From: an uncultured Bacteroidaceae bacterium
GTDB taxonomy: Bacteria > Bacteroidota > Bacteroidia > Bacteroidales > GCA-2748055
DNA: 64,000 nucleotides
Assembly (NCBI GenBank): GCA_964572225.1
Contig: CAZNFR010000006.1
Span: 533-64,532, forward strand
Direction: 5' to 3'
The notes beneath the pieces were generated by a model. The model did no database searches and was not told the DNA's origin. It saw nothing but the letters and a program-made list of their open reading frames with translations. Positions 10,046 to 22,453 of the stretch are shown one piece after another. How positions within the stretch are numbered: the first letter of the stretch is position 1; each line of letters opens with the position of its first letter. The translations under genes and the position numbers were made by a program.

Positions 10046-10053
10046 TACATTTG
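10046..10053 (+). promoter_or_regulatory. Candidate -7 promoter box (TACATTTG)
   Basis: Matches TAnnTTTG, 38 nt upstream of the ATG at 10091. Confidence 0.35.
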
Positions 10054-10090
10054 CGGGTGTTTTCAAAAACGGCATAAATCATAGTTTAAA

Positions 10091-10783
10091 ATGGTAAAAA
10101 AAACCAGACAACCTCAACCCGACAGTTTTGAAGGAATCGAACAGGCCTTAACGCGTACGGAAAGGTTTATTGAGAATAATTCAAAAATTATCAGCTACGT
10201 TATCCTCGGTATTGTGCTTGTTGTTGTAGCTTATATCGGTGTTAACCGGTTTTATATTAACCCCCTTGAGGAAGAAGCAGCCGATCAGATGTTTATGGCA
10301 GAAAGGTTTTTTGAAAGGGATTCTTTTAACCTGTCACTAAACGGTTACGGGACCTATCCCGGATTCCTGCAAATAACGGAGGACTATGGAATTACCAAAA
10401 GTGCAAATTTGGCTACATATTACTCAGGGATCTGCTTTCTCCAGTTGGACGATTATGAATCTGCCATCGAATACCTCGAAGATTTCAAGACCGATGATGT
10501 GCTGATCGGTTCGGCAAAATACAGCGCTCTTGGTGATGCTTATGTTGAACTGGGTGAATATGAAAAGGCCATCAGGGAATACCAGAAAGGAATTAGTTCT
10601 TACATTAACAGTTTCTCCACTCCTACCCTTCTAAAGAAGACCGGCCTTGTGCAGGAGGAGTTGAAGGATTTTGAAGAAGCTGTTGAGACTTACCAAAGGA
10701 TTTCACGCGAGTTCCCGGATAGTCAGGAAGCAAGGGATATCCAAAAATACATATCACGCGCAAGGTTGAACAGTGAAAGTTGA
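10091..10783 (+). CDS. Membrane-anchored tetratricopeptide-repeat protein
   Basis: One N-terminal TM helix (ISYVILGIVLVVVAYIGV), followed by TPR-like helical repeats (AxYYxGxxxLxxxxYExAIEYL, ALGDAYVELGEYEKAIREY). Confidence 0.7.
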   Translation: MVKKTRQPQPDSFEGIEQALTRTERFIENNSKIISYVILGIVLVVVAYIGVNRFYINPLEEEAADQMFMAERFFERDSFNLSLNGYGTYPGFLQITEDYGITKSANLATYYSGICFLQLDDYESAIEYLEDFKTDDVLIGSAKYSALGDAYVELGEYEKAIREYQKGISSYINSFSTPTLLKKTGLVQEELKDFEEAVETYQRISREFPDSQEARDIQKYISRARLNSES

Positions 10784-10792
10784 TTGACTGCT

Positions 10793-11296
10793 TCAGGATC
10801 CGGCCCTTACAATTTCCCGGCTTAGTGCAGCCATTTTAATGGCAGTAATCGCGGCTTCATCCCCTTTATTTCCGTGTTTACCTCCAGACCTGTCAAGTGC
10901 TTGTTGCTGATCTCCGGTGGTAAGAATTCCAAAAATAAAAGGAAGAGAATAATCAAGGTTAAGATCCATGATTCCCTGGGTTACTCCCTGGCAAATAAAA
11001 TCAAAGTGCCGGGTCTCGCCCTGGATTACACATCCCAGGCATATTATGGCATCATAAATTCCCGTTTCTGCCATAAGCTGGGCAGCCAGAGGAATTTCAA
11101 AGCTTCCGGGAACCCAGCGAACATCAATCGATGCTCTTTTTACCCCTTGCTTCTCCAATGTACTCAAGGCTCCACTGAGAAGCGATCGGGTAACCTCAGG
11201 GTTCCATTCAGAAACGATCACCGCAAAACTCATATCGGATGCATCCGGAATATCTTCCGGATTATAATTGGATAAATTCTTAAGACTCGTAGCCAT
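10793..11296 (-). CDS. ribH: 6,7-dimethyl-8-ribityllumazine synthase
   Basis: FAVIVSEWNPEVT, VPGSFEIPLAA and DAIICLGCVIQGETRHFDFI are lumazine-synthase hallmarks. Confidence 0.9.
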   Translation of the reverse strand: MATSLKNLSNYNPEDIPDASDMSFAVIVSEWNPEVTRSLLSGALSTLEKQGVKRASIDVRWVPGSFEIPLAAQLMAETGIYDAIICLGCVIQGETRHFDFICQGVTQGIMDLNLDYSLPFIFGILTTGDQQQALDRSGGKHGNKGDEAAITAIKMAALSREIVRAGS

Positions 11297-11307
11297 ATGA
11301 TCGGGAT

Positions 11308-13164
11308 TTATTTTTTAGGCAGATTATAGCCTTTTTGTTTGGCCATATCTTCCAGTCTTGCCTGAAATTTCGATTTCCTGGCAGGCTTAGCCTTTCTTGT
11401 ATTGAGTTTTTTCCGAAGCGCCTCTTCATCCACAAACTGCTTGAAAAGGAAGTTTTGTCCTATGGTGATAAGGTTGGCAAGAAAATAATAATAGGTAAGT
11501 CCCGCAGAGAAATTGTTCAGTATTACCATGAACATAACCGGCATGATATACATCATTCCTTTCATTCCCGGCATTTGAGAATCTGCACCAGTGGGATTGG
11601 AATTCATCCGCATGGAAACGATGGTTGAGACCGTCATCAGAAGAGTGAAGAGACTTACGTGATCACCGTACATGGGGATATTGAAGGGAAGATTAAGAAT
11701 GCTGTCGTAGGTACTAAGGTCTGTCGCCCAAAGGAAACTTTCCTGCCTTAATTCAATCGAGGAAGGAAAAAACCTGAACATAGCATACAAAATAGGCATC
11801 TGTAAAATTAACGGAAGGCAGCCACCCATGGGATTGGCCCCGGCTTTACGGTACAATGCCATGGTTGCCTGTTGCCTTTCCATTGCCTTTTCTTTCGGAA
11901 TTTTTTTATTAATCTCGTCAATTTCCGGTTTCAGGGCTCTCATTTTAGCCTGAGACATATAGGAACGGTAAGTCAAAGGCAACAAAGCTACTTTAATTAT
12001 GATCGTCAAAAGAAGTATGATGATCCCATAGTTTCCGATAAAATTATCCAGCCAGTTGAAAATAGGGATTATTACCCAGGAGTTAATCCATCGGATTATG
12101 GATCCTCCCACCATTACCAGATTTTCCAGTCCGAATCCAATTTTTTTCAGACTTTGAAAATGATTGGGACCAAAATAAAAATGCATGGGCATGACAAAAT
12201 CTGAAGTTCTGTCGTAAGGAACACCCAGTTCGGAAGTGAATTTGGCAATATAAGGGCTGGTCTCGGGCATTACCTCTGATGCCATGTAACCACCTTCAAA
12301 AGGAGCCTGGTCTGCAAGAATAACCGATGCAAAGAACTGCTGTTTGTAACCGATCCAGTGAAGCTTTGTTGTTTCGGTAATATCCTGTATGTCTTTTTTT
12401 GATCTGGACCGGAATTTTTCAACTTCTCCTTCGAAAAAACGGTAATACAGATTGGTATAGTTTGCTTCATTTTGACGACCCCTTTCCTGCTGAGGAGAAA
12501 AGACCACCCATCGTAATTGTACAAAATCGGTCCGGTATTCATCCATCCCTCTCATTCTCAGATCAAAATCCATCAGGTGTTTTCCGGGTTCCAGCGTATA
12601 GCTATACTCAATGCTTGCTCCTGCACTATCCACTGGCAGTCGCATAACCAGGGTTTGAGGGGTGGTGCCTGCATCCATCTCATCCTCCCCTTCAACCATT
12701 TCGAAATAAAGGTCGTTGGTATGAATAGTCTTTCCATCCGAAAAGAATTCCAGTCCGAAAATGGTAGATTCACCTTCAAAAAGAACCAAAGGGATAGAGT
12801 CGTAAGTCTGATAATTCTTTAGCTCAACCCTGTAGGGTTTTCCTCCTTTGCGGGATATGGTTAGTTTAACCAACTCATTTTCAAGTATATAATACTTGTC
12901 CTCTCCGGAAGTCCGGGATGAATAAACTCCCAGGTTTGATTCCGTTGATACACTGGTGTTTTTTTGAGCATTCAGGGTATCCGGATCAGCTGTTCTTTGC
13001 GGATTTTCAGCTTCCTTTGCGGCAATTTTCTGTTGTTCTATTCGAATGGAATCGGCAATCCTTTGTTGTTCTGCCATTTCCTCCCTGGAAGGGCGTGTGA
13101 TTATACTGTACCCGATAAGAATTCCGGCAATCAGAATAATCCCGATTATTGTGTTTCTATCCAT
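11308..13164 (-). CDS. yidC: Membrane protein insertase YidC (long Gram-negative form)
   Basis: N-terminal TM helix, a large periplasmic domain, and the conserved C-terminal core (KMRALKPEIDEINKK, GANPMGGCLPLILQMPIL, GLTYYYFLANLITIGQ). Confidence 0.9.
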   Translation of the reverse strand: MDRNTIIGIILIAGILIGYSIITRPSREEMAEQQRIADSIRIEQQKIAAKEAENPQRTADPDTLNAQKNTSVSTESNLGVYSSRTSGEDKYYILENELVKLTISRKGGKPYRVELKNYQTYDSIPLVLFEGESTIFGLEFFSDGKTIHTNDLYFEMVEGEDEMDAGTTPQTLVMRLPVDSAGASIEYSYTLEPGKHLMDFDLRMRGMDEYRTDFVQLRWVVFSPQQERGRQNEANYTNLYYRFFEGEVEKFRSRSKKDIQDITETTKLHWIGYKQQFFASVILADQAPFEGGYMASEVMPETSPYIAKFTSELGVPYDRTSDFVMPMHFYFGPNHFQSLKKIGFGLENLVMVGGSIIRWINSWVIIPIFNWLDNFIGNYGIIILLLTIIIKVALLPLTYRSYMSQAKMRALKPEIDEINKKIPKEKAMERQQATMALYRKAGANPMGGCLPLILQMPILYAMFRFFPSSIELRQESFLWATDLSTYDSILNLPFNIPMYGDHVSLFTLLMTVSTIVSMRMNSNPTGADSQMPGMKGMMYIMPVMFMVILNNFSAGLTYYYFLANLITIGQNFLFKQFVDEEALRKKLNTRKAKPARKSKFQARLEDMAKQKGYNLPKK

Positions 13165-13174
13165 TATTTGTTAC

Positions 13175-14833
<1,659 letters not shown>

Positions 14834-14894
14834 TTAAACCGCAAAGTAAATAATTAATTCCGATAAGGGATAATTTTACAAAGAGAAAATGGGT

Positions 14895-17063
14895 TTACTC
14901 CTCTTCAGGATCCACATCGTCGATCATGGATATTTTAGCTTCCAGTAGTTTAATTTTATCCCGGGCATCCTCAATTTTCTTTTCAAAATCCTTAACCATG
15001 GACTCAGCCTTTTTGGTTTCAGCGAAAAAACCAATGTTATTCTCCCAAATCCCAATATCATTCTTAAGTTGCTGCAGTTTGTTCATAAGTTTTTCCCGTT
15101 CAAACCGCAGTTTCATTCCAGGTCTTGGTTTCTGAAGGACATTCTCAAGCTTATTCCTGAATTTTAATTTATTTTTTTGAAGATCATCCATTTGCAATTT
15201 ATCGAACTTCTTATCGATAACCTCCCGGTATTTCTGGGTAATTTCATCCTTTTTCTCGAAAGGCACAAACCCTATTTCAGCCCATCTGCGCTGGAATTCA
15301 TTCAGCTTATCCAAATTATCTCTTAGAATTTCCGAGGCCTTAAAGTTCTCTATCTCATTGATCAGTTCTTCTTTAAGCTTTAGATTATCGTCGTAAACCT
15401 TATCAATATCAGTAAAGTATTCTGATTTTCGATTAAAAAACTGATCACAGGCGCCCCGGAATCGCTTCCATACTTCATCCGATTGTTTTCTTGGCACTGG
15501 ACCTATTCTTTTCCATTGCTTTTGCAGATTTATAAGGTCTCGTGTGGTTTTTTTCCAGTCTGTGCTATCCTTCAGAGATTCAGCCTGTATGCACAGGTCA
15601 AGCTTTTTCTGGAGGTTTTCTTGTTGCTCCTCCATATTCTGAGCATAAAAATCCCTTTTGGAATTGAAAAACCTGTCGCAAGCCTTACGAAAACGGGCAT
15701 AAATCTGATTATTATCCTTTTTTGGGGCAAAGCCAATGGTTTTCCAAACCTTTTGCAGCTCAAGAATTTCATTGGTTGAATCAATCCATCCTTCATGTGT
15801 TTCCAGTTCACGACTGGCAATTTCCTCGGCTTTTTCGCAGAGCACCGTTTTGGATTCCAGGTTCTTTTTTTGATTTTCCTTTAGATCCTGATAAAACTGC
15901 TGGTGTTTTTTATTGATTTTCGAGGTCGCCTCCCGGAATCTTTCCCAAATTTCACTTCGCTTCTCTTTGGGTACGGGACCTATCTCACGCCATTGATCAT
16001 GATAAGTCTGAAGGATCTTGAAAGCATTTACCACATTAGGCTCCAACAACAATGCTTCTGCCTTTTCACACAACCTGATTTTGGATTCCAGATTCTTTTT
16101 TAGATCCAGATCCCTGAGCTCCTTATTGATCTTGATGTAATCGTAAAACTTTTCAACATGGTAATGGTAGTTTTCCCACAACTCCTTCAGGTCTTTTTGC
16201 GGTACAATGCCGATTTCATGCCATTTGGACTGTAATTCCCTGAATTCCTGAAAAGTCTTATTTATGGACTCATCCCTGTGAACCAATTCCTTTATTTCAT
16301 CGATAATCCGGTATTTCCTGGCAAGATTCTCCTCTTTTTCAACTTCAAAAAGCCGGTTCTCCTCTATTTTCAGATCCTTAAACTTTTGAAGCAACTCTTT
16401 AAACTTCTCCTCCAGATCGTCTATACCCGGACTGAAATCCTCGGGAATCCCTCCCGAAGCAAGGAAAGTCTTCTTTTTTTCCTCAATATCCTGCCTGTGC
16501 TGTTTGTAAAAAGCCGATTTTATACCTTCAAGCTCATCTTTATACTGTCCGAGATTCCCCCGATCCAGAATTTCTTCATAGAGTTTAACCAGGTCTTCCT
16601 TACTTAGAAGGGAATAATTGATAACCTCCTGCTCTTTCTCTTTTTGCTCTTTCTTTATTTCTTCCGAAGTCTTCTCGCTCCTTTCCGGAGCATTCGATTC
16701 TTCCTCATCCTCTTGAGCGGGGGTCTCTTCGGATCTACTCACGGTATCCTGTGCCTTCTTTTCCTTCGGAGATGCTTCATCAGAAGACATTGATGGTTCG
16801 GTCAGGCTGCCCTCTTCCTCCGCAGAGTCCTCCGATTCATTACCGGTATCTGGGGGAGCTGGGGATTGATCGGAAAGCGGCCCCTCAACAGAGCTCTCCT
16901 GCTCTCCTGAATCCCCGCCGGGGTCTTTTCTACCTTTACTTTCATCCGGGTCGTTCAAACCAGATTTATTCTCATTGATCTGATTTTCAGTTTCATTAGT
17001 ATTTTCGGACATGCCTCCGAATTGTTCCTCCGGAACAGAGTTTTTTGGATCTTTTATATTCAT
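14895..17063 (-). CDS. DUF349 repeat protein with an acidic, low-complexity N-terminal region
   Basis: Five copies of the DUF349-type motif W-x-x-IG-x-VP-x(5-7)-W-x-RF (SKWHEIGIVPQKD, DQWREIGPVPKEK, KVWKTIGFAPKKD, KQWKRIGPVPRKQ, RRWAEIGFVPFEK). The first ~140 residues are E/D/S/P-rich. Confidence 0.75.
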   Translation of the reverse strand: MNIKDPKNSVPEEQFGGMSENTNETENQINENKSGLNDPDESKGRKDPGGDSGEQESSVEGPLSDQSPAPPDTGNESEDSAEEEGSLTEPSMSSDEASPKEKKAQDTVSRSEETPAQEDEEESNAPERSEKTSEEIKKEQKEKEQEVINYSLLSKEDLVKLYEEILDRGNLGQYKDELEGIKSAFYKQHRQDIEEKKKTFLASGGIPEDFSPGIDDLEEKFKELLQKFKDLKIEENRLFEVEKEENLARKYRIIDEIKELVHRDESINKTFQEFRELQSKWHEIGIVPQKDLKELWENYHYHVEKFYDYIKINKELRDLDLKKNLESKIRLCEKAEALLLEPNVVNAFKILQTYHDQWREIGPVPKEKRSEIWERFREATSKINKKHQQFYQDLKENQKKNLESKTVLCEKAEEIASRELETHEGWIDSTNEILELQKVWKTIGFAPKKDNNQIYARFRKACDRFFNSKRDFYAQNMEEQQENLQKKLDLCIQAESLKDSTDWKKTTRDLINLQKQWKRIGPVPRKQSDEVWKRFRGACDQFFNRKSEYFTDIDKVYDDNLKLKEELINEIENFKASEILRDNLDKLNEFQRRWAEIGFVPFEKKDEITQKYREVIDKKFDKLQMDDLQKNKLKFRNKLENVLQKPRPGMKLRFEREKLMNKLQQLKNDIGIWENNIGFFAETKKAESMVKDFEKKIEDARDKIKLLEAKISMIDDVDPEEE

Positions 17064-17232
17064 AGGAAAACATTTTTCCTTTTGTATAACTTATTATATG
17101 ATACTAAATTATTCAAACGAATTGATAATCACAATGTTTTTTGACAGATTATCAACACCCCAAAATTTTCGGAGGTATTAATTCTCTGAGTATAACACTT
17201 GTCAGTGGTAAATTGTCGAAACGCTTTGCATG

Positions 17233-17265
17233 AAAAAAGGCTGAATTCAAAAGAAATCAGCCTTT
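17233..17265 (-). terminator. Rho-independent terminator downstream of hsp20
   Basis: 9-bp stem AAAGGCTGA (17236-17244) / TCAGCCTTT (17257-17265). An A-run at 17233-17238 reads as a U-tract on the minus strand. Confidence 0.6.
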
Positions 17266-17290
17266 ATTCCTAAACATCCAATCAAAACAA

Positions 17291-17734
17291 TCATGAAATA
17301 TTAATATTTCGTGGTCCTCTGTCAACAGCCTCATCCTTTTTCGGAAGGGTCACTGTTAACATTCCATTTTCCATTCGGGCAGATATTTTTTCAGTGTTAA
17401 CCGTTTCAGGCAGGGAAAATGAACGTTCAAATCCGTTAAAATCAAATTCTTTTCTGGCATAACTTACCTCTTCCCGGCTCTCGTTGTTTTTGTGCCTTAT
17501 GGTTAAAGTTTCTTTCTCAACCAGCAATTCAATGTCCTTTTTTGTCATTCCCGGAAGTGCCAGAACAATTTCATAGTTATCTGCATTTTCAGCAATATTT
17601 GCTTTCGGATTCGTGAATCTGCTAACCTTACTTTCACCCGGAAAAAACTCATTCATGAGATCGGATAAATAATAGGGCCTCTGAACACCAGGACTTACAT
17701 GTCCGTTTTTGGGATATACTCTTAAAAGTGTCAT
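17291..17734 (-). CDS. Hsp20/alpha-crystallin family small heat-shock protein
   Basis: Alpha-crystallin domain pattern: PKANIAENADNYEIVLALPGMTKKDIEL, FERSFSLPETV and GMLTVTLPK. Confidence 0.85.
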   Translation of the reverse strand: MTLLRVYPKNGHVSPGVQRPYYLSDLMNEFFPGESKVSRFTNPKANIAENADNYEIVLALPGMTKKDIELLVEKETLTIRHKNNESREEVSYARKEFDFNGFERSFSLPETVNTEKISARMENGMLTVTLPKKDEAVDRGPRNINIS

Positions 17735-17952
17735 AATTTTAATTTTTAAGGTTAATACTTAATTTTATCACGATTATTTCAATCTGCATGCCAGTTGAAT
17801 ATATGGTAATTTTTGTCACTGTCAATTTACAAAATCTGCCATTATGGCGTTCTTTTAGATAATAATGTGTCATTATGTCAGTATTGCGATTGATGTGAAT
17901 GTTTCATCTTTCGTATTGGTAGCAGGAGTAATCTAAAATTAATATTAGTAGT

Positions 17953-18636
17953 ATGCATATCGACATCATCACAGTCCTTCCGGAACTGTTCCTTGGGCCA
18001 TTGGAACATTCCATTATCAAAAGAGCCACAGATAAAGGCATTGCTAAGATCACACTCCATAATCTCAGGGATTTCAGCCTGGATAAGCATCGAAAAGTTG
18101 ACGATTATGCATTCAGTGGTGAAGCAGGAATGGTCCTTCAGATTGAGCCGGTAGACCGGGCGATTACACATCTGAAATCTCTCAGGGAATACGATGAGAT
18201 CATTTACACTTCCCCAGATGGTGAGAGGTATTCTCAAAAAACCGCGAACTATTTATCCACACTGACGAACATCATCCTGTTATGCGGACATTATAAGGGG
18301 GTTGACCACAGGATCAGAGAACACCTGATTACCAGGGAAATTTCCCTGGGCGACTTTGTTCTCACTGGGGGAGAACTGGTAGCTGCCGCGATTACCGACA
18401 GTATTGTCAGACTTCTGCCGGGGGCACTGGGAGATGAAACCTCAGCTCTGAATGATTCCTTCCAGGATGGTTTACTATCCCCACCAGTTTATACAAGGCC
18501 TGCCGACTACCATGGATGGAAAGTCCCTGAAGTCCTTCTTTCCGGAAATCCGGCAAAAATTAATGAATGGAAACATTTACAGGCGCTGGAACGGACAAGA
18601 AAACTTCGTCCGGATTTACTGGAAGGGGAACCCTAA
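17953..18636 (+). CDS. trmD: tRNA (guanine37-N1)-methyltransferase
   Basis: [13 protein letters not shown], the [13 protein letters not shown]-type motif, [13 protein letters not shown] and [13 protein letters not shown]. Confidence 0.9.
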   Translation: MHIDIITVLPELFLGPLEHSIIKRATDKGIAKITLHNLRDFSLDKHRKVDDYAFSGEAGMVLQIEPVDRAITHLKSLREYDEIIYTSPDGERYSQKTANYLSTLTNIILLCGHYKGVDHRIREHLITREISLGDFVLTGGELVAAAITDSIVRLLPGALGDETSALNDSFQDGLLSPPVYTRPADYHGWKVPEVLLSGNPAKINEWKHLQALERTRKLRPDLLEGEP

Positions 18637-21491
18637 TCCGCGAAATTTTTGACCGGATTGCGATGGCAGATCCCTGCGTAAGGACAATATAGGCACCTTT
18701 TTTCGTCCTGAGTCTGAGTGAAAGGAAGGTCGGGATTAAAAATCTCCGCTATCAGATCAGTCAGCTTCTCCTCAAATTCATTTTCAATTTTGTCGAACTC
18801 AATTTTTTCTGCCGGCTTTCCTAAAGTCGGATAAATGGTAAAAGAGTCACCAAATAGCTCAGGAGTTAGATAGATTGCAGGCACAAGCCGGGCACCTCTC
18901 TCCGATTTGGAAAAGATCCACGAATATATTAGTATTTGAAAAACCGCCTTATAATTTTTAGCCTTCCATGCATCCCGATCAAAAAGAAGATTCAATGAAT
19001 CTAGGGTTAACTCATTCTTCCCGGTTTTATAATCAATAATATGAACTTTCCCCTCTCTTTCATCCAGTCTGTCAATTTTGCCCCCCAGCCTGATACCTTT
19101 ACCCTCCTCCAGGGTTAGGTACTCATATATGATCTTCCTTTCCGAGTCCAGATAGCGAAAAGGGGTAAAATCAGTATCCCGGTCGATGGTTTTATAAATA
19201 AACTTCTTCATGACTTCAAAAGGAATAATGTTCCTCCCTTCGGGTTGAACAGGACTGGATTGCCCCATGATATTCAGGAATTCTTCTGTGAAAACCAGGT
19301 TCAGGACCTGTTCCACCATACCGGTTCTGATTTTAAGATCGTTTTGCTCAACCATTTTACCCTTCAGTTCTTCATATAAATATTCCATGGTCTTGTGATA
19401 AATATTCCCAAACCCTGCTGCATCTATCTCTTCTGAAACCTCGTCCTCTTCTTTAATCCCTGCAATATAGGAAAAGTAAAACCTCAACGAACAATCCAGA
19501 TAGGTTGCAAGAGCAGAGGGTGAGAGATAGGAATCCCCTTCTGAAGTGAACCTTTTTAATTCATGCATTATCCCTTCCTCTTTTGGAATTGTTATGGAAA
19601 CAGGCTTGGTCCCTTCAACCCTGTATCCCGTAGTCCTTTCCTCGACAGGAAAGGGATACAGGTACCTGAGTTGATGGATATACCTCGAAGGCTCTCCCTG
19701 TTTGAGTCCGTCACTCTTACTATTATAGTAAAGCGTAATATTTTCCGCTCTTTGTATTAACCGGTAAAAATAATAGGCATAAATTGCATCCTTATCCTCT
19801 CTTGTTGGCAGGCCAAAAGCAAATCTCAGATTCGCAGGGATGTAGGAAAAGTTCGGAAACCTTTCAGGCATTACCCCGTCATTGAGAGATAGAATATGAA
19901 CATTGTTGAAATCCAGAAGACGGGATTCCAAAATACCCATAATCTGTAACCCTTTGAGTGGTTCTCCATTGAAGGGGACTCGCAGCCCTCTGAACATTTT
20001 TCTTAGTAATCGAATATAACTGTCAAGTCCAATCTCAAATTCCAATCCCTCACTCAGACTTTCCAACTTGTTAATTCGGGTAAGTATATAAAAGATGTAT
20101 TCCCTTTCAAGGGCCATTTCTTTTTCACCTGAACCAGGTATTCTTTCAAGAAGAAACTTCCATAATTTTCGGAGATACGAGATCAGTTCGGCAGGCGATT
20201 GCATATAAGCAAAGATCAACCTCAGGAAGTCATTTCCGGTAAATAAATCTGCCGGAATAATAATCATGTTCCCTTTCCTGATTTTGTGGATGATCCGGTT
20301 GACATCCTCCCCTGCGAGTGATTGCATGTATTGGTGTGTCAAAATCATTAAAACATTCCGGTAATAATACCTTCCTTCTCCTTTGTTTATTCTCTGGTTT
20401 TGCTGCAGTTGAAGCAGAGAGTCCATAAAACTGAAGATGAGGGTATGTGTAAGTGGATAGCCCATACTAATGTTCAAATCAGGAATTCCTTCCGGGATGG
20501 ATGTTAATACCCCCGTCATTAATTCTTCATTTCCCAGTACAACAGCTGACACATTAAAGGACGTTGCCGAATTAGTTTTTAATTCCTCACCCAGTTTTTT
20601 GCATTGAAGAATGTCGGAAGGTATGTTGTGGATTTTAATATTCTTTTGAGTTGAAAGATTAGTAAAACCTGGATCGAAGTCCTTTTCCGGTGGAAAATTC
20701 CTAAGGTTCTCACGAATAAATCTTCCAGCTTCCTCGAATTCATTTTCGAGATAGCGCTTATCATAATCCCAATAAAATTCAGCCTTTCCGGCATCCATCA
20801 GGGTTTTAAAGAGCTTCATCTCACAACGATTCAGGGCGTTAAATCCAATAAATGCAACCCTGTCAAATGCATTACTCCACTCCAGAACATCCGATTTACC
20901 CTCAGCCACATGCCTGTATATCAATCCCTCATATCCAATCCTTTTCTCAAACAAATAGGCTCTGGTTTTTTCATAAACGGGATAAAGCAGGTCCCACATC
21001 CTCAGAAATTGTTCCTGGTGTTCTGAAAGGCTGCCGCTCCCAAAGAAACTCCAAAATCTTTTGATCAGTTCTTTTTGCTCATGGCTTAGATAATCAAAAC
21101 CTTCCTCCAGTTTTTTCAGGTCGGATACATTCGTAAACAAATCCCTGGCATTGATCAGGTAATTGTCAATATCGTTGAAATCCGTAATCATCATTTCTCC
21201 CCAGGGATAAAATTCATCGAAACTTTCCTGATTCCCTGATACCTGCCTGTAAACATTATATATAAGAAAGGATAACTCCAGGGGATCGGCCTCCGAGATT
21301 GCAGACGCTTCTGTCATGAAATCCTTAATCGTTTTAGTGGCAGGAACCCAACCGGGCTTTGAGGAATTTTGGGCATAATATCTGCGAAAAAACAAGGCGG
21401 ATCTGCGGTTGGGAAAAACAAAAAGCAGCTTGCCCTTTCTTTCATTATTCTTTATAAAATAGGTTGCCAATTCATTCAGAAAGTAATTCAT
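18633..21491 (-). CDS. AddB-like PD-(D/E)XK nuclease subunit
   Basis: 952 aa. The C-terminal nuclease core is [22 protein letters not shown]. It is flanked by a four-Cys pattern typical of the AddB iron-staple Fe-S cluster ([10 protein letters not shown] upstream, and [10 protein letters not shown] at the extreme C-terminus). It lies in the same operon-like block as the AddA-like helicase. Confidence 0.7.
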   Translation of the reverse strand: MNYFLNELATYFIKNNERKGKLLFVFPNRRSALFFRRYYAQNSSKPGWVPATKTIKDFMTEASAISEADPLELSFLIYNVYRQVSGNQESFDEFYPWGEMMITDFNDIDNYLINARDLFTNVSDLKKLEEGFDYLSHEQKELIKRFWSFFGSGSLSEHQEQFLRMWDLLYPVYEKTRAYLFEKRIGYEGLIYRHVAEGKSDVLEWSNAFDRVAFIGFNALNRCEMKLFKTLMDAGKAEFYWDYDKRYLENEFEEAGRFIRENLRNFPPEKDFDPGFTNLSTQKNIKIHNIPSDILQCKKLGEELKTNSATSFNVSAVVLGNEELMTGVLTSIPEGIPDLNISMGYPLTHTLIFSFMDSLLQLQQNQRINKGEGRYYYRNVLMILTHQYMQSLAGEDVNRIIHKIRKGNMIIIPADLFTGNDFLRLIFAYMQSPAELISYLRKLWKFLLERIPGSGEKEMALEREYIFYILTRINKLESLSEGLEFEIGLDSYIRLLRKMFRGLRVPFNGEPLKGLQIMGILESRLLDFNNVHILSLNDGVMPERFPNFSYIPANLRFAFGLPTREDKDAIYAYYFYRLIQRAENITLYYNSKSDGLKQGEPSRYIHQLRYLYPFPVEERTTGYRVEGTKPVSITIPKEEGIMHELKRFTSEGDSYLSPSALATYLDCSLRFYFSYIAGIKEEDEVSEEIDAAGFGNIYHKTMEYLYEELKGKMVEQNDLKIRTGMVEQVLNLVFTEEFLNIMGQSSPVQPEGRNIIPFEVMKKFIYKTIDRDTDFTPFRYLDSERKIIYEYLTLEEGKGIRLGGKIDRLDEREGKVHIIDYKTGKNELTLDSLNLLFDRDAWKAKNYKAVFQILIYSWIFSKSERGARLVPAIYLTPELFGDSFTIYPTLGKPAEKIEFDKIENEFEEKLTDLIAEIFNPDLPFTQTQDEKRCLYCPYAGICHRNPVKNFAD

Positions 21492-21496
21492 AAGTT

Positions 21497-22453
21497 CTAA
21501 TCGATGTTAGGATGATAATATTTTCCCTGCCAGGTATCTCGTTTTAGCAATAATTCTTCAAACGCTTTAAGTACAAGATCGTACCGCATCTTCCATGACT
21601 CTCGCAAATTATACTCAGGAACGGTTTCCCCTGCAATCCGGTCAATAAGGATTTCGGGTGACAGACGTTCAATAAACCGGACCATGAGGTCCAGATATTC
21701 GGAGAATGAAAATTCCGGAAACTTTAATGGATTTTTTAGATACTCATTTCCCATTAAGGTACCCCTGACCATCTGCAACTGATGAAATTTTAAATTATTT
21801 ATTGGAAGTGAGTTAAGGATTTCAGCCTGTTCGAGGATCTCTTTCCGGGTTTCACCGGGTAACCCGATTATCAGGTGACCGGTGGTAAAAATACCGGCTT
21901 TCTCTGCCCTGCATATAGCCTCCCTGGTGGTGGAAAAATCATGCCCTCTGTTAATGGCTTTCAGGGTATGATCATAACAGGACTCAATGCCGATTTCCAG
22001 ATTCAGGAACACCTCCTTGTTCAATTTTTCCAGAACCTTCATTACGGGTTCGGGCAGACAATCAGGTCTGGTTCCTATGGATAAAGCCACTACCCCTGGA
22101 TGGCCCAGTGCTTCTCTGTAAAGTTTTTCCAGATTTTCAGGAGTGTCGTAGGTATTTGAATATGCCTGAAAATAGACCATATAATTCTCAGCACTTTTGT
22201 ATCTTTTTCTGTGAAATTTTATTCCTTCCTGTATCTGTTTGTTGAGACTTCCCTCTTCCCTGCAATAGGAAGGATTAAATGCATGGTTATTGCAAAAACT
22301 GCAACCTCCTTCCCCAACCCTGCCATCCCGGTTGGGACAGGTAAATCCTGCATCCACACTTAATTTCTGTACTCTGCCTTCAAAACGTTTTTTTATGTAT
22401 GCGGAGTAAGAATTAAATCTCCTGTTTCCCGGGAAAGTTGGTAAATGATTCAT
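21497..22453 (-). CDS. Radical SAM protein, TIGR01212 (YhcC-like) family
   Basis: The N-terminal region RVQKLSVDAGFTCPNRDGRVGEGGCSFCN carries the extended Cys spacing I associate with the TIGR01212 family. A TIM-barrel-like remainder follows (YFQAYSNTY, LEIGIESC). Its ATG overlaps the upstream gene's stop (ATGA at 22450-22453). Confidence 0.8.
   Translation of the reverse strand: MNHLPTFPGNRRFNSYSAYIKKRFEGRVQKLSVDAGFTCPNRDGRVGEGGCSFCNNHAFNPSYCREEGSLNKQIQEGIKFHRKRYKSAENYMVYFQAYSNTYDTPENLEKLYREALGHPGVVALSIGTRPDCLPEPVMKVLEKLNKEVFLNLEIGIESCYDHTLKAINRGHDFSTTREAICRAEKAGIFTTGHLIIGLPGETRKEILEQAEILNSLPINNLKFHQLQMVRGTLMGNEYLKNPLKFPEFSFSEYLDLMVRFIERLSPEILIDRIAGETVPEYNLRESWKMRYDLVLKAFEELLLKRDTWQGKYYHPNID

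Noticed and set aside
18253-18261. Perfect DnaA-box 9-mer TTATCCACA, with recF, DUF721/DciA and yidC nearby, raising the idea of a replication origin
   Set aside because: It is a single box inside the trmD coding sequence. One chance match to a 9-mer is expected at roughly this frequency in 64 kb on both strands. There is no cluster of boxes, no AT-rich unwinding element between genes, and no dnaA/dnaN in the window.
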